Part shown: in pieces, positions 18,308 to 28,440 of the stretch
Numbering within the stretch: the stretch's first letter is position 1
Layout of the letters: every line of letters begins with the position of its first letter
Notes under the pieces: model-generated
The model's database searches: none
Told to the model about the DNA's origin: nothing
Seen by the model: only the letters and a program-made list of their open reading frames with translations
From: an uncultured Gammaproteobacteria bacterium
GTDB lineage: Bacteria > Patescibacteriota > Patescibacteriia > UBA1558 > 2-01-FULL-52-15
Length of the DNA stretch: 64,000 nucleotides
Assembly: GCA_964402565.1 (NCBI GenBank)
Contig: CAYOCJ010000001.1
Span: 160,079-224,078 of the forward strand
Direction: 5' to 3'
Position numbers and translations under genes: made by a program

Positions 18308-18871
18308 ATGCCAGGATCAAGACAAGTAAAAAGAGAAGTGCTCTGGGAGGGGGATTTTATCCGCGTCATCGCAAAGCATTTCAAAGATCAGCATGGCGGT
18401 GATCATGTCTGGGAATGCGTAGAACGCAAGCGGACGAGAGAGATCGTAGTCATCTTCGCAGTAACAAAAGATAGGGAGGTTGTGCTTTGCAAGCAATATC
18501 GGTATCCGCTGGATGCAGACATTGTGGAATTACCGGCAGGTTTGAGTGATAAAGAAGGCGAACCATTGGAGGAGACCGCAAAGCGCGAGCTGAAGGAAGA
18601 AACCGGGTATCTGGCTGATGAAATACATCTGGTCCAGGAAGGTCCTTATAATTCCGGGCTCTCGGCTGATAAACTCGCCATTTTCTACGCGCCAAACGTT
18701 ACCTTTGTCGGCAAGAAAGAGGGCGATGGTGATGCAACAGAAGAGATCGATGTCATGACCTTGCCTCTGGATGAACTGGTAGATTTCTGCACCAAGAAAC
18801 ATGCTGACTATATGGTCGATATCAAGATTCCGTCCACGCTCAAAATACTTGAACATCGAGGTGTACTATGA
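18308..18871 (+). CDS. NUDIX hydrolase (ADP-ribose pyrophosphatase-like)
   Basis: QYRYP...ELPAGL...ETAKRELKEETGY. Confidence 0.9.
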   Translation: MPGSRQVKREVLWEGDFIRVIAKHFKDQHGGDHVWECVERKRTREIVVIFAVTKDREVVLCKQYRYPLDADIVELPAGLSDKEGEPLEETAKRELKEETGYLADEIHLVQEGPYNSGLSADKLAIFYAPNVTFVGKKEGDGDATEEIDVMTLPLDELVDFCTKKHADYMVDIKIPSTLKILEHRGVL

Positions 18872-20073
18872 AACGCATTTTGATTTTTTCAATCGCCTAT
18901 CAGCCTTTCATTGGCGGCGCTGAGGTTGCTATTAAAGAGATAACGGATCGGATCTCGCAGTCAGAGATTGAGTTCGATATGATCACCTTGCGCTTCGATG
19001 CTGCATTGCCGCGCTTCGAGAAAATAAGGAATGTGAATGTCCATCGCATTGGTTTCACGTCACAGAAGCCGACCATGGGAGATTTAGTTCGTTTTCCGCT
19101 GTCGTTCAATAAGTACCTTTTCCCATTCCTTGCTCTGAAAAAAGCCTCACAGCTTCATGCGCAGAAGCCGTATGATGCCACCTGGGCTATGATGGCAAAT
19201 TATGCCGGTTTCGGAGCGGTCTTTTTCAAAATGAAATTTTCGAAGATCCCGTTCCTGCTCACCTTGCAGGAAGGCGACCCGATCGACTATATCAAACGCC
19301 GAGTCCGTTTCGTGTATCCGCTATTTATTCAGATCTTCAAACGTGCAGATCATATTCAAGTTATCTCTCAGTACCTTGCAGACCTGGCTCGCAGCATGGG
19401 TTATACGGGCTCACTGAACGTCATTCCGAATGGTGTTGACCTGCAATTATTTTCACAATCCTTTCATCAGGGAGAACTAGATGCCGTAAAAAAGAAACTT
19501 GGTAAAAAAGACGGTGATGTATTCCTGATCACGACATCGCGGCTTGTCCTGAAAAATGCAGTGGATGACAGCATAAAGGCTATGGGGTTTTTGCCCAAAA
19601 ATTTTCATCTCCTTATTATCGGCACTGGTCCGGATGAGGATGCATTGAAAAAGTTGAGTGCGCGAAGCGGTCTTTCTGATCGTGTACATCTCCTCGGAGA
19701 AGTAAGCAATACTGAAGTTCCAAAATATTTGAAAGTGTCGGACATTTTTATCCGGCCCTCGCTTTCTGAAGGCATGGGCATTTCATTTATTGAAGCTATG
19801 GCTGCCGGCATTCCTATCATTACCACGCCAGTCGGCGGCATCGTAGATTTTCTTTTTGACCCTGAGAAGAACCCTGACAAACCCGCTACTGGTCTTTTCT
19901 GCGAGGTGCGAAATCCTGAAAGCATTGCGCGCCAGGCAAAACGATTGATGGAACAAGCTGACCTTCGCAGCAGCATCATAAAAAATGCACACGTTTTGGT
20001 CGCTGAGAAATATGACTGGAAGCTCCTGGCAGAACGCATGCGAGAAGAAGTTTTCAAAAAAGTTCTTGCATGA
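18868..20073 (+). CDS. Glycosyltransferase family 4
   Basis: GGAE, IPNGVD and PSLSEGMGISFIEAMAAG motifs. Confidence 0.92.
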   Translation: MKRILIFSIAYQPFIGGAEVAIKEITDRISQSEIEFDMITLRFDAALPRFEKIRNVNVHRIGFTSQKPTMGDLVRFPLSFNKYLFPFLALKKASQLHAQKPYDATWAMMANYAGFGAVFFKMKFSKIPFLLTLQEGDPIDYIKRRVRFVYPLFIQIFKRADHIQVISQYLADLARSMGYTGSLNVIPNGVDLQLFSQSFHQGELDAVKKKLGKKDGDVFLITTSRLVLKNAVDDSIKAMGFLPKNFHLLIIGTGPDEDALKKLSARSGLSDRVHLLGEVSNTEVPKYLKVSDIFIRPSLSEGMGISFIEAMAAGIPIITTPVGGIVDFLFDPEKNPDKPATGLFCEVRNPESIARQAKRLMEQADLRSSIIKNAHVLVAEKYDWKLLAERMREEVFKKVLA

Positions 20074-20801
20074 TCATACGTCCGCTTACAACCAGAGTCT
20101 TCAAAGAAGGGGAGGATCTATTCGCGTTTATTGTTTCCTATATCCCAAAGCTCAAGAATAAAAGTGTCATTGTGATAACCTCGAAGATCGTAGCGCTTTC
20201 TGAAAAACGCACATCGACGAACACCGGCAGGCGAGCGAAAATACGGCTGATAAAATCGGAGAGCCAATGGGCTATGCGAACCAAATGGACCTGGCTCACC
20301 ATCAAAGACAATGCCGTCATGTCCGCGGCAGGCATTGATGAATCGAACGCGAATGGCAAGCTGATCTTATTGCCTAAGGATAGCTTCAAAGCGGCGGCGG
20401 TTTTGCGGCAAAAACTCAAGCGTTTTTATAAAGTCAATCAATTGGGTATACTTATTACTGACAGCAGGCTATTGCCATTGCGGGCCGGCGTCGTAGGCAT
20501 AGCTCTTGGCTATGCAGGTTTCAAAGGCGTACGGGACGATCGCGGCACGAAAGACATTTTCGGAAGGAAATTGAAGCTCACACGCGTCGATATCGCTGAT
20601 GCTGTAGCCACTGCAGCAGTGCTGACCATGGGCGAGGCTGCTGAGAAGCGGCCGCTGGCTATCGTGGAGGATTCGCCCGCGGTATTTACTGAGACAGTGA
20701 AAAAGAATGAATTGATCATGGATTTTCGCGACGATGTGTTCGCTCCGCTATTCAAAAAAGTTCAGCATATCAAATTAAAAAAAATCAAAAATCCGCATTA
20801 A
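20070..20801 (+). CDS. CofE-like gamma-glutamyl ligase
   Basis: ITSKIVA, AGIDESN, ITDS...R.G..G.A.G..G, DIFGRKL and MGEA motifs. Confidence 0.85.
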   Translation: MIIRPLTTRVFKEGEDLFAFIVSYIPKLKNKSVIVITSKIVALSEKRTSTNTGRRAKIRLIKSESQWAMRTKWTWLTIKDNAVMSAAGIDESNANGKLILLPKDSFKAAAVLRQKLKRFYKVNQLGILITDSRLLPLRAGVVGIALGYAGFKGVRDDRGTKDIFGRKLKLTRVDIADAVATAAVLTMGEAAEKRPLAIVEDSPAVFTETVKKNELIMDFRDDVFAPLFKKVQHIKLKKIKNPH

Positions 20802-20802
20802 C

Positions 20803-21519
20803 ATGCAATTCAGCATTATTATCCCGGCGAAAAACGAACTTGAGAATTTCAAACGCAACTTGAAGCAATTCGATGCGTTGCGAGGAAAGTTTACCTTTGA
20901 AATTATTATCGCTGATGGCGGTTCGAAGGACGGCAGCATTGAGTATGCGCGTCCTTTGACCGATAAAATTGAAATTAATTATGATAAAGAAACGATAGCT
21001 GAAGGGAGGAATAGAGGTGCCAGGGTGGCTACCGGAGATATTTTTGCTTTTTTTGATGCCGCAGTGCAGATAGACAAGGTGCCAGATTTTTTTGAATATG
21101 TTCTGAAACGATTTGAAGATCCGAACATTGTCGCGGTAATCCCCAATGTCGGCATTTATCCTGATGAAGCAACGCGCATGGATACTATCGTGAGTGGTTT
21201 TATCAACCGACTGATACGTTTTTGCAATGCCATGGGTTGGGGAGCGGGAAAAGGCGAGGCACAGATCATGCGTCGTTCAGCCTTTGAGAAAATTCATGGA
21301 TACAACGAAACCTTGGTCGCTGCAGAAGATAATGATCTGATGCGGAGACTAGCTAAAGTCGGTAAGGTTATTTCAGCGCCAAATTTGAATGTGTATGATG
21401 ATCCGCGCCGCTACCGTAAGCTTGGCTATCCGCGTGTTATCATGCAGTGGATATTGAATCAGCTTTCAGTCATTTTTTTCGGGCATTCGTATAGTAAGGA
21501 ATGGAAGAGGGTGGACTAG
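20803..21519 (+). CDS. Glycosyltransferase family 2
   Basis: SIIIPAKNE, ADGGSKD, RNRGA and AED motifs. Confidence 0.88.
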   Translation: MQFSIIIPAKNELENFKRNLKQFDALRGKFTFEIIIADGGSKDGSIEYARPLTDKIEINYDKETIAEGRNRGARVATGDIFAFFDAAVQIDKVPDFFEYVLKRFEDPNIVAVIPNVGIYPDEATRMDTIVSGFINRLIRFCNAMGWGAGKGEAQIMRRSAFEKIHGYNETLVAAEDNDLMRRLAKVGKVISAPNLNVYDDPRRYRKLGYPRVIMQWILNQLSVIFFGHSYSKEWKRVD

Positions 21520-21521
21520 GC

Positions 21522-21628
21522 GCTGTTTGCACATACCCATTCGCTCAGCTGCGGAAACTCAGCCCGCCTATATGGAGGCGGGCTTTTTCGTGAGGTCCTC
21601 TCTTCGCTCATGGCTATGTGCAAACAGC
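21522..21628. mobile_element. MITE/REP-like element with 19-bp terminal inverted repeats and an internal hairpin
   Basis: gctgtttgcacatacccat / atggctatgtgcaaacagc (one mismatch); internal agcccgcct-N6-aggcgggct followed by tttt. Confidence 0.5.
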
Positions 21629-21684
21629 AGCAATGTTTTTTGAGGGGGGATGGGCAGGGTATTTGCGCTGACAAGCTAAAATCC

Positions 21685-21894
21685 TCAAAGACCATTTTGC
21701 TCAAGGCACCTGCTATAAGTAAAATTGTAGTGATTTTCGAAATCAGACGCAGATAAATTGTCCGTTTGAAATAATTTTTGCGCCAAACTCGAGCAGTTTC
21801 TTTTTATTTCAGCAGGCCTTAATGCAAACCAATAGAAGCTAACTCCTAGAATTACCAGAGCTAAAGCAATGCTGAAATAAATTTGTTTTTTCAT
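21685..21894 (-). CDS. Small membrane-anchored hypothetical protein
   Basis: N-terminal TM and a Cys pair (IKRNC...YSRCL); AT-rich. Confidence 0.65.
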   Translation of the reverse strand: MKKQIYFSIALALVILGVSFYWFALRPAEIKRNCSSLAQKLFQTDNLSASDFENHYNFTYSRCLEQNGL

Positions 21895-21930
21895 ATTTTT
21901 TAAGTTGAGAACCGGATACGTAGTATTAGA

Positions 21931-22143
21931 TTATGCGTTTTTTTGTTTACTCTCAACTCTGATAGCATCACCACCAGTGTTATCTATCCTGTTATTCATA
22001 ATGGCGTTACCACCCACAGTGTTAATTTTTTGTTTTATAAAATTTGTTTCGATTTTTATTTCGCGCAATTTCTTTAGAGCGAGGATAGAAGTAATCACAG
22101 TGATTATAGCAGCGATCGCTGAAATCCATGACGTTATCCACAT
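21931..22143 (-). CDS. Small hypothetical protein with an N-terminal TM
   Basis: Hydrophobic N-terminus, internal GG(N/D)AI repeat; AT-rich. Confidence 0.5.
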   Translation of the reverse strand: MWITSWISAIAAIITVITSILALKKLREIKIETNFIKQKINTVGGNAIMNNRIDNTGGDAIRVESKQKNA

Positions 22144-22239
22144 ACATTAGAAGAATTAAATAAAAAATTTAACCAATACTTCATTTACGAACTTGCCCCA
22201 ATCGTACTCTTTTCACAATACCATTGCAAGAAGCTTGGA

Positions 22240-22872
22240 TTAAGGCTGGTTTTTCGCCACAACCAAGGCGTGCACGGTTTTTGTCCCATGCTTTTTGAGT
22301 TCTGATGCAGCTTCATCGAGGGTAGAGAAGGTTGTAGTGATATCGTCTATCAAGAGTACATGAGCGGGCGCGGCACCGTTATAGGAAAACGCTCCTTTCA
22401 GATTTTCCAGCCGTTCAGCTCTATTCAATGTATGCTGCGGTCGCCGCGCCCGAATACGTTTCAATTGGGTATCGAGAGGCAAGCCTGTAGTCTTTGCAAG
22501 TTCCTGCGCAAGCAATGCGCTTTGATTGAAACCGCGATTTCTCTCACGCCTGCGATGCAAGGGGATAGGGATAATCGCAGTGTCAGAGTGCAGCGCTGGC
22601 ATTGCGGTTTGCAATATGTTTCCTAATGACACAGATAATCCCTTCAAACCATTGAATTTAAAAGCAAAGATCAGTTTTTGTATTCGCTGTTCTTCATAAT
22701 TGGCACAAATAGTGATGCTGGCGAGATGCGGAGTCGGGCTGGAAAGGCGCGTCAGCTGCAGCGGCAGTTTTGATTCGCATACAGCGCAGAGCAGCGCTCC
22801 TGGATCGCTGCAGAGCACGCAGGAGATAGGGAACAGGGCGTCGAGAATGAGTTGTGTAGTTTTTTCAAACAT
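22240..22872 (-). CDS. comF: ComF family competence protein
   Basis: CVLC/CAVC Zn ribbon, IPLH..R...RGFNQ and PRTase motif LLIDDITTT. Confidence 0.9.
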   Translation of the reverse strand: MFEKTTQLILDALFPISCVLCSDPGALLCAVCESKLPLQLTRLSSPTPHLASITICANYEEQRIQKLIFAFKFNGLKGLSVSLGNILQTAMPALHSDTAIIPIPLHRRRERNRGFNQSALLAQELAKTTGLPLDTQLKRIRARRPQHTLNRAERLENLKGAFSYNGAAPAHVLLIDDITTTFSTLDEAASELKKHGTKTVHALVVAKNQP

Positions 22873-22913
22873 ATAAACAGGGTTATGATGCCCTGTTTAT
22901 GATGTAAAAAATG

Positions 22914-25409
22914 TTATTCGAATCGAATAGCGCCTTGCTTCAGTATCGCATTGATCGTTGATTTTTCTGTTTTGATCTCGCCGCTCAGTAATTTCAAAGC
23001 GAGCTGGTCAATGATGTGGCGCTGTACTGCACGCTTCAGTGAACGCGCGCCTTCTTGCGGCTTGAATTCTTCGACCAGTTTTTTGATGACTTCATTGTCT
23101 ATCGCAAGCTTCTGGCCTCGGAGTGATAAGCGCTCTTCAACGTCTTTCAGTTCGCGGAGTACGATCTTCTTTGCTACTGCTTCGGTCAGGTGGTTGAAGA
23201 TAACTATATTATCCAGGCGATTCAGGAATTCAGGGCGGAAATGCTCTTTCAAGGACTTCATGATATGCTCTTCCATATCTCGACGCAGCGGCATGTTATC
23301 CCCTTCCTCGAGCGAGAAACCGACCGTCGCCTGATTCGTGAATTCTTTCAGCCCAATATTCGAGGTCATGATGATGATCGTATTCTTGAAATTCACCTGC
23401 TTGCCGGTAGCATCGGTCATATAGCCGTCTTCAAGCACCGGCAATAGAATGTTGAATACATCAGGATGCGCTTTCTCTATCTCGTCGAAGAGCACCACGC
23501 TGTACGGTTTTTTGCGCACTGAATCAGTCAGTAAATTGCCGTCCTTGTAACCGATATATCCGGCAGGAGCGCCGATAAGCTTCGAGACATTGAAGCGTTC
23601 CGAGAATTCTGACATATCGATGCGGATCAGTGCATTTTCTCTATTGAAGAGCATGCGGGAGAGCAGTCTTGCCATCTCGGTTTTGCCTACGCCTGAAGGG
23701 CCAAGGAACATGAATGAACCCAGGGGTTTTCGCGGATCAGAGAGTCCTGAGCGCGAGCGGCGGATCGTTTCTGCCACGCGTGCTATTGCTTCGTTTTGGC
23801 CGAAGAGATGTTTCTGCAAATAATGTTCAAGATTCGTCAATTGCTTCTTTTCTGAAGCCTCGATCTCATGCAATGGTATACCCGTGGACTGTGATACGAC
23901 CGCTGCAATGTCATGCGCCGTGATCTGGCCCAGAAGCTCAGGGTCAGATTTTGCTTTGATAGCCTTCAGATTGTTCAATTCCTGCAATACAATATCTTCC
24001 TGATCCTTGATATGCAGGGCTTGGGTGTAGTTTTCGTTCAAAATAAAGTTGCGCTTGGTTTCCTGGATAGATTTCAGGCTGCGTTCAAGTTCTTTGATGC
24101 GCTTGGTTTGCGATGAATACTTTCGCGCGACCTTGATATGCGATGCTGCTTCGTCGATAAGGTCGATTGCTTTGTCCGGGAATTTTTTATCCGGCAAATA
24201 GCGCTTGCTCAATGAAACGGCAGCATGCAGCGCTTCTTGTGTGATCGCGACCGAATGGTATTTCTCATAGTTTTCTTTGACGCCCTGCAAAATGTCAGCT
24301 GTTTCCGTTTCGCTTGCCTCGTCGACCATGATGACCTGGAAACGCCGCTCAAGAGCTTTGTCATTTTCGATGAATTTTTTGTACTCCTCATGCGTCGTTG
24401 CTCCGATGCAGCGCAATTGTCCCCGTGCCAGAGCCGGCTTCAGGATATTAGCAGCATCCAGAGACCCGGCAGAGGAGCCGGTGCCGATGATATTATGAAT
24501 CTCGTCAATAAAGAGGATGATATTCTCATCGCGTTTTACTTCATCGATGATCTGCTTCAAACGATTTTCGAATTCGCCGCGGTACATAGTGCCGGCAACG
24601 ATGGCTGACAGGTCGAGTGAAAGGATCTTCTTATCGCTCAGCACATCCGGCACATCGCCATGGAGTATTTTCTTCGCAAGGCCTTCGATGATAGCTGTCT
24701 TACCTACGCCCGGATCGCCCAGGAGCACTGGATTGTTCTTTGTGCGGCGTGAAAGTATCTGTATGAGCCTGTTAATTTCGTCTTTACGCCCGATGACCGG
24801 GTCGATGTTCTTTTGCACGGCATCGGTTGTGAGATTGGTGGAATAGAGCTCGAGCATGCTTGGCGGATTTTCCGATGCATCCATGAGCGCATCCATATCC
24901 TGATTTTTCCCCTGTGATTCTGATGGTTGCATATGATTAAAACGTGAAGTGCCGTGTAGCACATTTTCTAGCTGGCTGATAAGCGCCTGCATATTGACGC
25001 TGTGTTCCGAAAAAATACCTTTAATTTTCGAATCCGGGATCTTCACCATGCCGCTCAGGAGGTGTTCGCTGCCGATGTATTTATGGTGATGCTCGAATGA
25101 TGTTTTGACCGCTAATTCAATGATGCGCTGGCTCTTCGCAGATGGCTGCGGAAGATTCCAAAAATCCGTTGCCTGTTCCCGAAGCGGCGTGATATTCAGT
25201 CGTTCAGGGGACCGGAAAGCAGTATTATTCAGGGTGATATTCTGTTTCTGCATGATTTCAAAGCCCAGACAGCCCTGCTGCTGCAGCATTGCCTCAAAAA
25301 GGTGCACGGGCTCGATAGCAGAACTTTCTTCCTGCCATGCAATATTTTGAGCCTGAATCAGGATATTCTTGAAATGAGACGTGAATTTGTCGAGGAGGTT
25401 GTCCATCAT
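22914..25409 (-). CDS. clpC: ATP-dependent Clp protease ATPase subunit ClpC
   Basis: Clp N repeats, two AAA modules ([16 protein letters not shown]), short UVR-like M domain and VGF loop. Confidence 0.9.
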   Translation of the reverse strand: MMDNLLDKFTSHFKNILIQAQNIAWQEESSAIEPVHLFEAMLQQQGCLGFEIMQKQNITLNNTAFRSPERLNITPLREQATDFWNLPQPSAKSQRIIELAVKTSFEHHHKYIGSEHLLSGMVKIPDSKIKGIFSEHSVNMQALISQLENVLHGTSRFNHMQPSESQGKNQDMDALMDASENPPSMLELYSTNLTTDAVQKNIDPVIGRKDEINRLIQILSRRTKNNPVLLGDPGVGKTAIIEGLAKKILHGDVPDVLSDKKILSLDLSAIVAGTMYRGEFENRLKQIIDEVKRDENIILFIDEIHNIIGTGSSAGSLDAANILKPALARGQLRCIGATTHEEYKKFIENDKALERRFQVIMVDEASETETADILQGVKENYEKYHSVAITQEALHAAVSLSKRYLPDKKFPDKAIDLIDEAASHIKVARKYSSQTKRIKELERSLKSIQETKRNFILNENYTQALHIKDQEDIVLQELNNLKAIKAKSDPELLGQITAHDIAAVVSQSTGIPLHEIEASEKKQLTNLEHYLQKHLFGQNEAIARVAETIRRSRSGLSDPRKPLGSFMFLGPSGVGKTEMARLLSRMLFNRENALIRIDMSEFSERFNVSKLIGAPAGYIGYKDGNLLTDSVRKKPYSVVLFDEIEKAHPDVFNILLPVLEDGYMTDATGKQVNFKNTIIIMTSNIGLKEFTNQATVGFSLEEGDNMPLRRDMEEHIMKSLKEHFRPEFLNRLDNIVIFNHLTEAVAKKIVLRELKDVEERLSLRGQKLAIDNEVIKKLVEEFKPQEGARSLKRAVQRHIIDQLALKLLSGEIKTEKSTINAILKQGAIRFE

Positions 25410-26299
25410 GTTGTTTCGCGTAAGCGCCGAATGCGTTCTTCGATCGGCGGATGTGTCGAAAAGAGATTGGCTACTGATTTCATAGTATCACTTTTGAATG
25501 GGTTCGCAATATAGAGATGCGCCGTCGCTCTGTTCACATTGCGAAGCGGAGGACCGGCGGCTATTTTCTCGAGCGCCCTGGCCAGGCCTTCAGGGTACCT
25601 GGTAATAAGCGCACCTGACGCATCAGCCAAAAACTCTCTTTTCCTCGATATTGCAAGCTGGATAAGCTGCGATATGAGCGGCGCAATAATGATAAGAATT
25701 AAACCGACTAAGGCAAGTATGCCGCCTAAACCGCCTTCTTCCCTGTCATCTCGCCTCCGCATGCCGCCCCAAAACATGCTGCGGGTCGTATAATCAGCAA
25801 CAAGAGCGATGATGCCAACGCAAATAATGACGACGGTCATCAAACGTATATCGTAATTTTTTATATGTGACAGCTCATGCGCAGCAACGCCTTCCAGTTC
25901 TTCATTTTCAAGTGCTTCGACGATGCCGGTTGTAAATGCGATAGAGGCATGCTGCGGATCGCGGCCCGTAGCAAAAGCATTCAAAGCCGGATCAGGTATC
26001 AAATACACTTTTGGCATCTGCATGCCCATGGTGATGCAAAGGTTTTCCACAATGTGATATAGGTAGGGGTTATCTTTTTCCTCTATCTGCTGTGCTTTGG
26101 CGATGCCAAGGGCTACGGCATCTCCTTTAAAGTAGCTCGCAAGCGACATGACAGTCGCGATGATCACGGATACAACAAGGAATGTTTCTCCGTTTTGGAA
26201 GTAATAGCTAGCCCAATAGCCGATACCGACAATTATCAGAAAGAAGAGGCAGAGGAGCAATGCGCTTTTTCTTTTGTTCGATGCTATCTGATCATACAT
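25406..26299 (-). CDS. htpX: Zn metalloprotease HtpX (M48)
   Basis: NAFATG, AHELSH, REFLADA and FSTHPP motifs. Confidence 0.93.
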   Translation of the reverse strand: MYDQIASNKRKSALLLCLFFLIIVGIGYWASYYFQNGETFLVVSVIIATVMSLASYFKGDAVALGIAKAQQIEEKDNPYLYHIVENLCITMGMQMPKVYLIPDPALNAFATGRDPQHASIAFTTGIVEALENEELEGVAAHELSHIKNYDIRLMTVVIICVGIIALVADYTTRSMFWGGMRRRDDREEGGLGGILALVGLILIIIAPLISQLIQLAISRKREFLADASGALITRYPEGLARALEKIAAGPPLRNVNRATAHLYIANPFKSDTMKSVANLFSTHPPIEERIRRLRETT

Positions 26300-26322
26300 A
26301 GATTTTTGTACTATAGCTCAAT

Positions 26323-26349
26323 TTAGCACTCATTGCAATAGAGTGCCAA
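26323..26349. promoter_or_regulatory. CIRCE element (HrcA operator) upstream of htpX-clpC
   Basis: TTAGCACTC-N9-GAGTGCCAA, one mismatch to consensus. Confidence 0.88.
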
Positions 26350-26378
26350 AATGCCTATGTATAAGGCTTTTTTGTGTT

Positions 26379-26939
26379 TTAGGAGAAGGAAACCTTGACG
26401 TTTTCCCGTTCTGTCTCATTCCCAACCTCAAAGTATGCATATTGCTTGAAGCTCAGAGTCTGAGCCACCAGATTATTTGGGAACTTTTGAATTTTAATAT
26501 TGAAGTCGCGGACCTGGCCATTGTAGAAGCGTCGGGCTGCCTGGATCTTGTTCTCAGTATCAGAAAGCTCATCCTGCAATTTCGCGAAGTTACCGGCAGC
26601 CTTCAAATCAGGGTAATTTTCCGCAACAGCGAATAAACTTTTCAGAGCTCCGGTCAGCAAATCTTCAGCTTTTGCCCTCGTAGGCGCTGCTTCTGCATTC
26701 ATTGCCAGGGCTCGCGCGTCAGTAACGGCCTGCAGAGTCTTTGCTTCGTGCTGCATATACCCCTTCACTGACTCGACGAGGTTTGGGATCAGATCATAAC
26801 GTCTTTTCAGCTGGACATCGATGTCAGAATAGGCTTCTTCGACTCTATTTTTTGATGTGGTAAGCGCATTGAATAGAGCAATGAGCCACAAAACGAGTAC
26901 TACTACGGCAATTGCTGGTAAAATGACAAACAAATTCAT
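26379..26939 (-). CDS. lemA: LemA family protein
   Basis: IDVQLKRRYDLIPNLV, AENYPDLKA and ENKIQAARRFYN motifs. Confidence 0.95.
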   Translation of the reverse strand: MNLFVILPAIAVVVLVLWLIALFNALTTSKNRVEEAYSDIDVQLKRRYDLIPNLVESVKGYMQHEAKTLQAVTDARALAMNAEAAPTRAKAEDLLTGALKSLFAVAENYPDLKAAGNFAKLQDELSDTENKIQAARRFYNGQVRDFNIKIQKFPNNLVAQTLSFKQYAYFEVGNETERENVKVSFS

Positions 26940-27258
26940 ATTATTTTCTGGATAGTTGGTTAATTGGAAAATACCTCCAAACACCCATAGTATATAAGCA
27001 TTGCGCGGCTTTGGTCAATCACCAGATTTGGGACAAGGCTTCGCTCGAAAAGAGGGTGTAGAGGTCAGATTGAGACTTTGGAATGAAGTGCTTTCAGCCA
27101 TTCACTCATATCCACAGTTGTACTTCCTCGACAGCTGAATTTTATGGTATAATCATATGGAAATTTAAGAGATATATTGCCCTAGCGTAGCCAACACTTG
27201 AAAAAGTGAGATCGTTGGATGCTTCAGCGTTATATCATTAATAAAAATAGAATATTCC

Positions 27259-28419
27259 ATGGCCAAAAAGAGCTATTTGGGCATCGATATCGGTACATCC
27301 GGCATCAAAGTTACCCAGCTTGAGAATTTCAAAGGTCAACCGAAGCTTGTTACCTATGGTTATGCGGAAGCGAAGTTCGATATTATCCGCGATCAGTCCA
27401 AAGAACTGCAGACAACCGTAGCGAATTTGATCGGCCAGGTATTGCAGCGGTCGAGGGTCACGACAACGGCAGCTATCGCTGCACTTCCGACCTTCTCGGT
27501 TTTTAACTCGATCATCAGCTTGCCGCGCATGTCCAGAAGGGACCTTGATACGGCTATCAAATGGGAAGCAAAAAAGTTCATACCGCTGCCTATCGATGAG
27601 ATGATCCTTTCGCACAAGATCCTGGAAGGCGCGCAGTCGAGCTTTGCAGAGAAGCTCTTCATGCTGAATATGAGTTCATTGATGAAGAAAAAGGGCGATG
27701 CAGGGAAAGATGCGCCCGGACTGGCTGCTGGAGCGCCTCCGGTCCAGCCTGGCGGCAAAGAGGATGGCGATGATGCGAAGAAAAACGTACGCATACTTCT
27801 CACGGCGGCTCCAAAAAATCTGGTATCAAGGTATGTCGAAATCTTCAAGGCTGCAAACCTGCATTTATTGAGCCTTGAAACAGAAGCGCTGGCCCTTTCC
27901 CAGTCGCTCATCGGCAGCGAGAATGCAAGCGTCATGGTCATCGACATTGGCTCAGCCGCGACCAATATTTGCATGGTCGAAAAGGGCGTACCGGTCCTGA
28001 ATCGGGGACTGGATATCGGCGGTTACCATATTACGAAATCAATCAGCAATAGTTTAAACGTCAATTTTGAGCGGGCCGAGCAATTCAAACTGGATTTCGG
28101 TATCCGCATGCAGGATCAGCGCGGCGGTATTCCGGATGCGATCAAAGATAGCTTGCAGCCGATCATCAATGAAATCCAGTATGTATTTGAACTCTATCAA
28201 AATCAGGGGAGCATTACCGTCGATCGGATCTTGCTTTCCGGCGGCTCAGCATTCCTGCCGAACCTGACCAATTACTTGTCGCAACTCCTGAAGATCCCGG
28301 TCTATATCGGAAATCCCTGGGACCGCGTCGTGTACCCGGTAGATCTGAAACCGGTGCTCGAGAGCATTGGCCCGCAAATGGCTGTGTCTATCGGCTTGGC
28401 AATGAAATATATCGGCTAG
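27259..28419 (+). CDS. pilM: Type IV pilus assembly protein PilM
   Basis: LGIDIGT, EAKKFIPLP, VIDIG and LSGGSA actin-like motifs. Confidence 0.92.
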   Translation: MAKKSYLGIDIGTSGIKVTQLENFKGQPKLVTYGYAEAKFDIIRDQSKELQTTVANLIGQVLQRSRVTTTAAIAALPTFSVFNSIISLPRMSRRDLDTAIKWEAKKFIPLPIDEMILSHKILEGAQSSFAEKLFMLNMSSLMKKKGDAGKDAPGLAAGAPPVQPGGKEDGDDAKKNVRILLTAAPKNLVSRYVEIFKAANLHLLSLETEALALSQSLIGSENASVMVIDIGSAATNICMVEKGVPVLNRGLDIGGYHITKSISNSLNVNFERAEQFKLDFGIRMQDQRGGIPDAIKDSLQPIINEIQYVFELYQNQGSITVDRILLSGGSAFLPNLTNYLSQLLKIPVYIGNPWDRVVYPVDLKPVLESIGPQMAVSIGLAMKYIG

Positions 28420-28440
28420 CAAAAGAGCGTATCGAAATTC

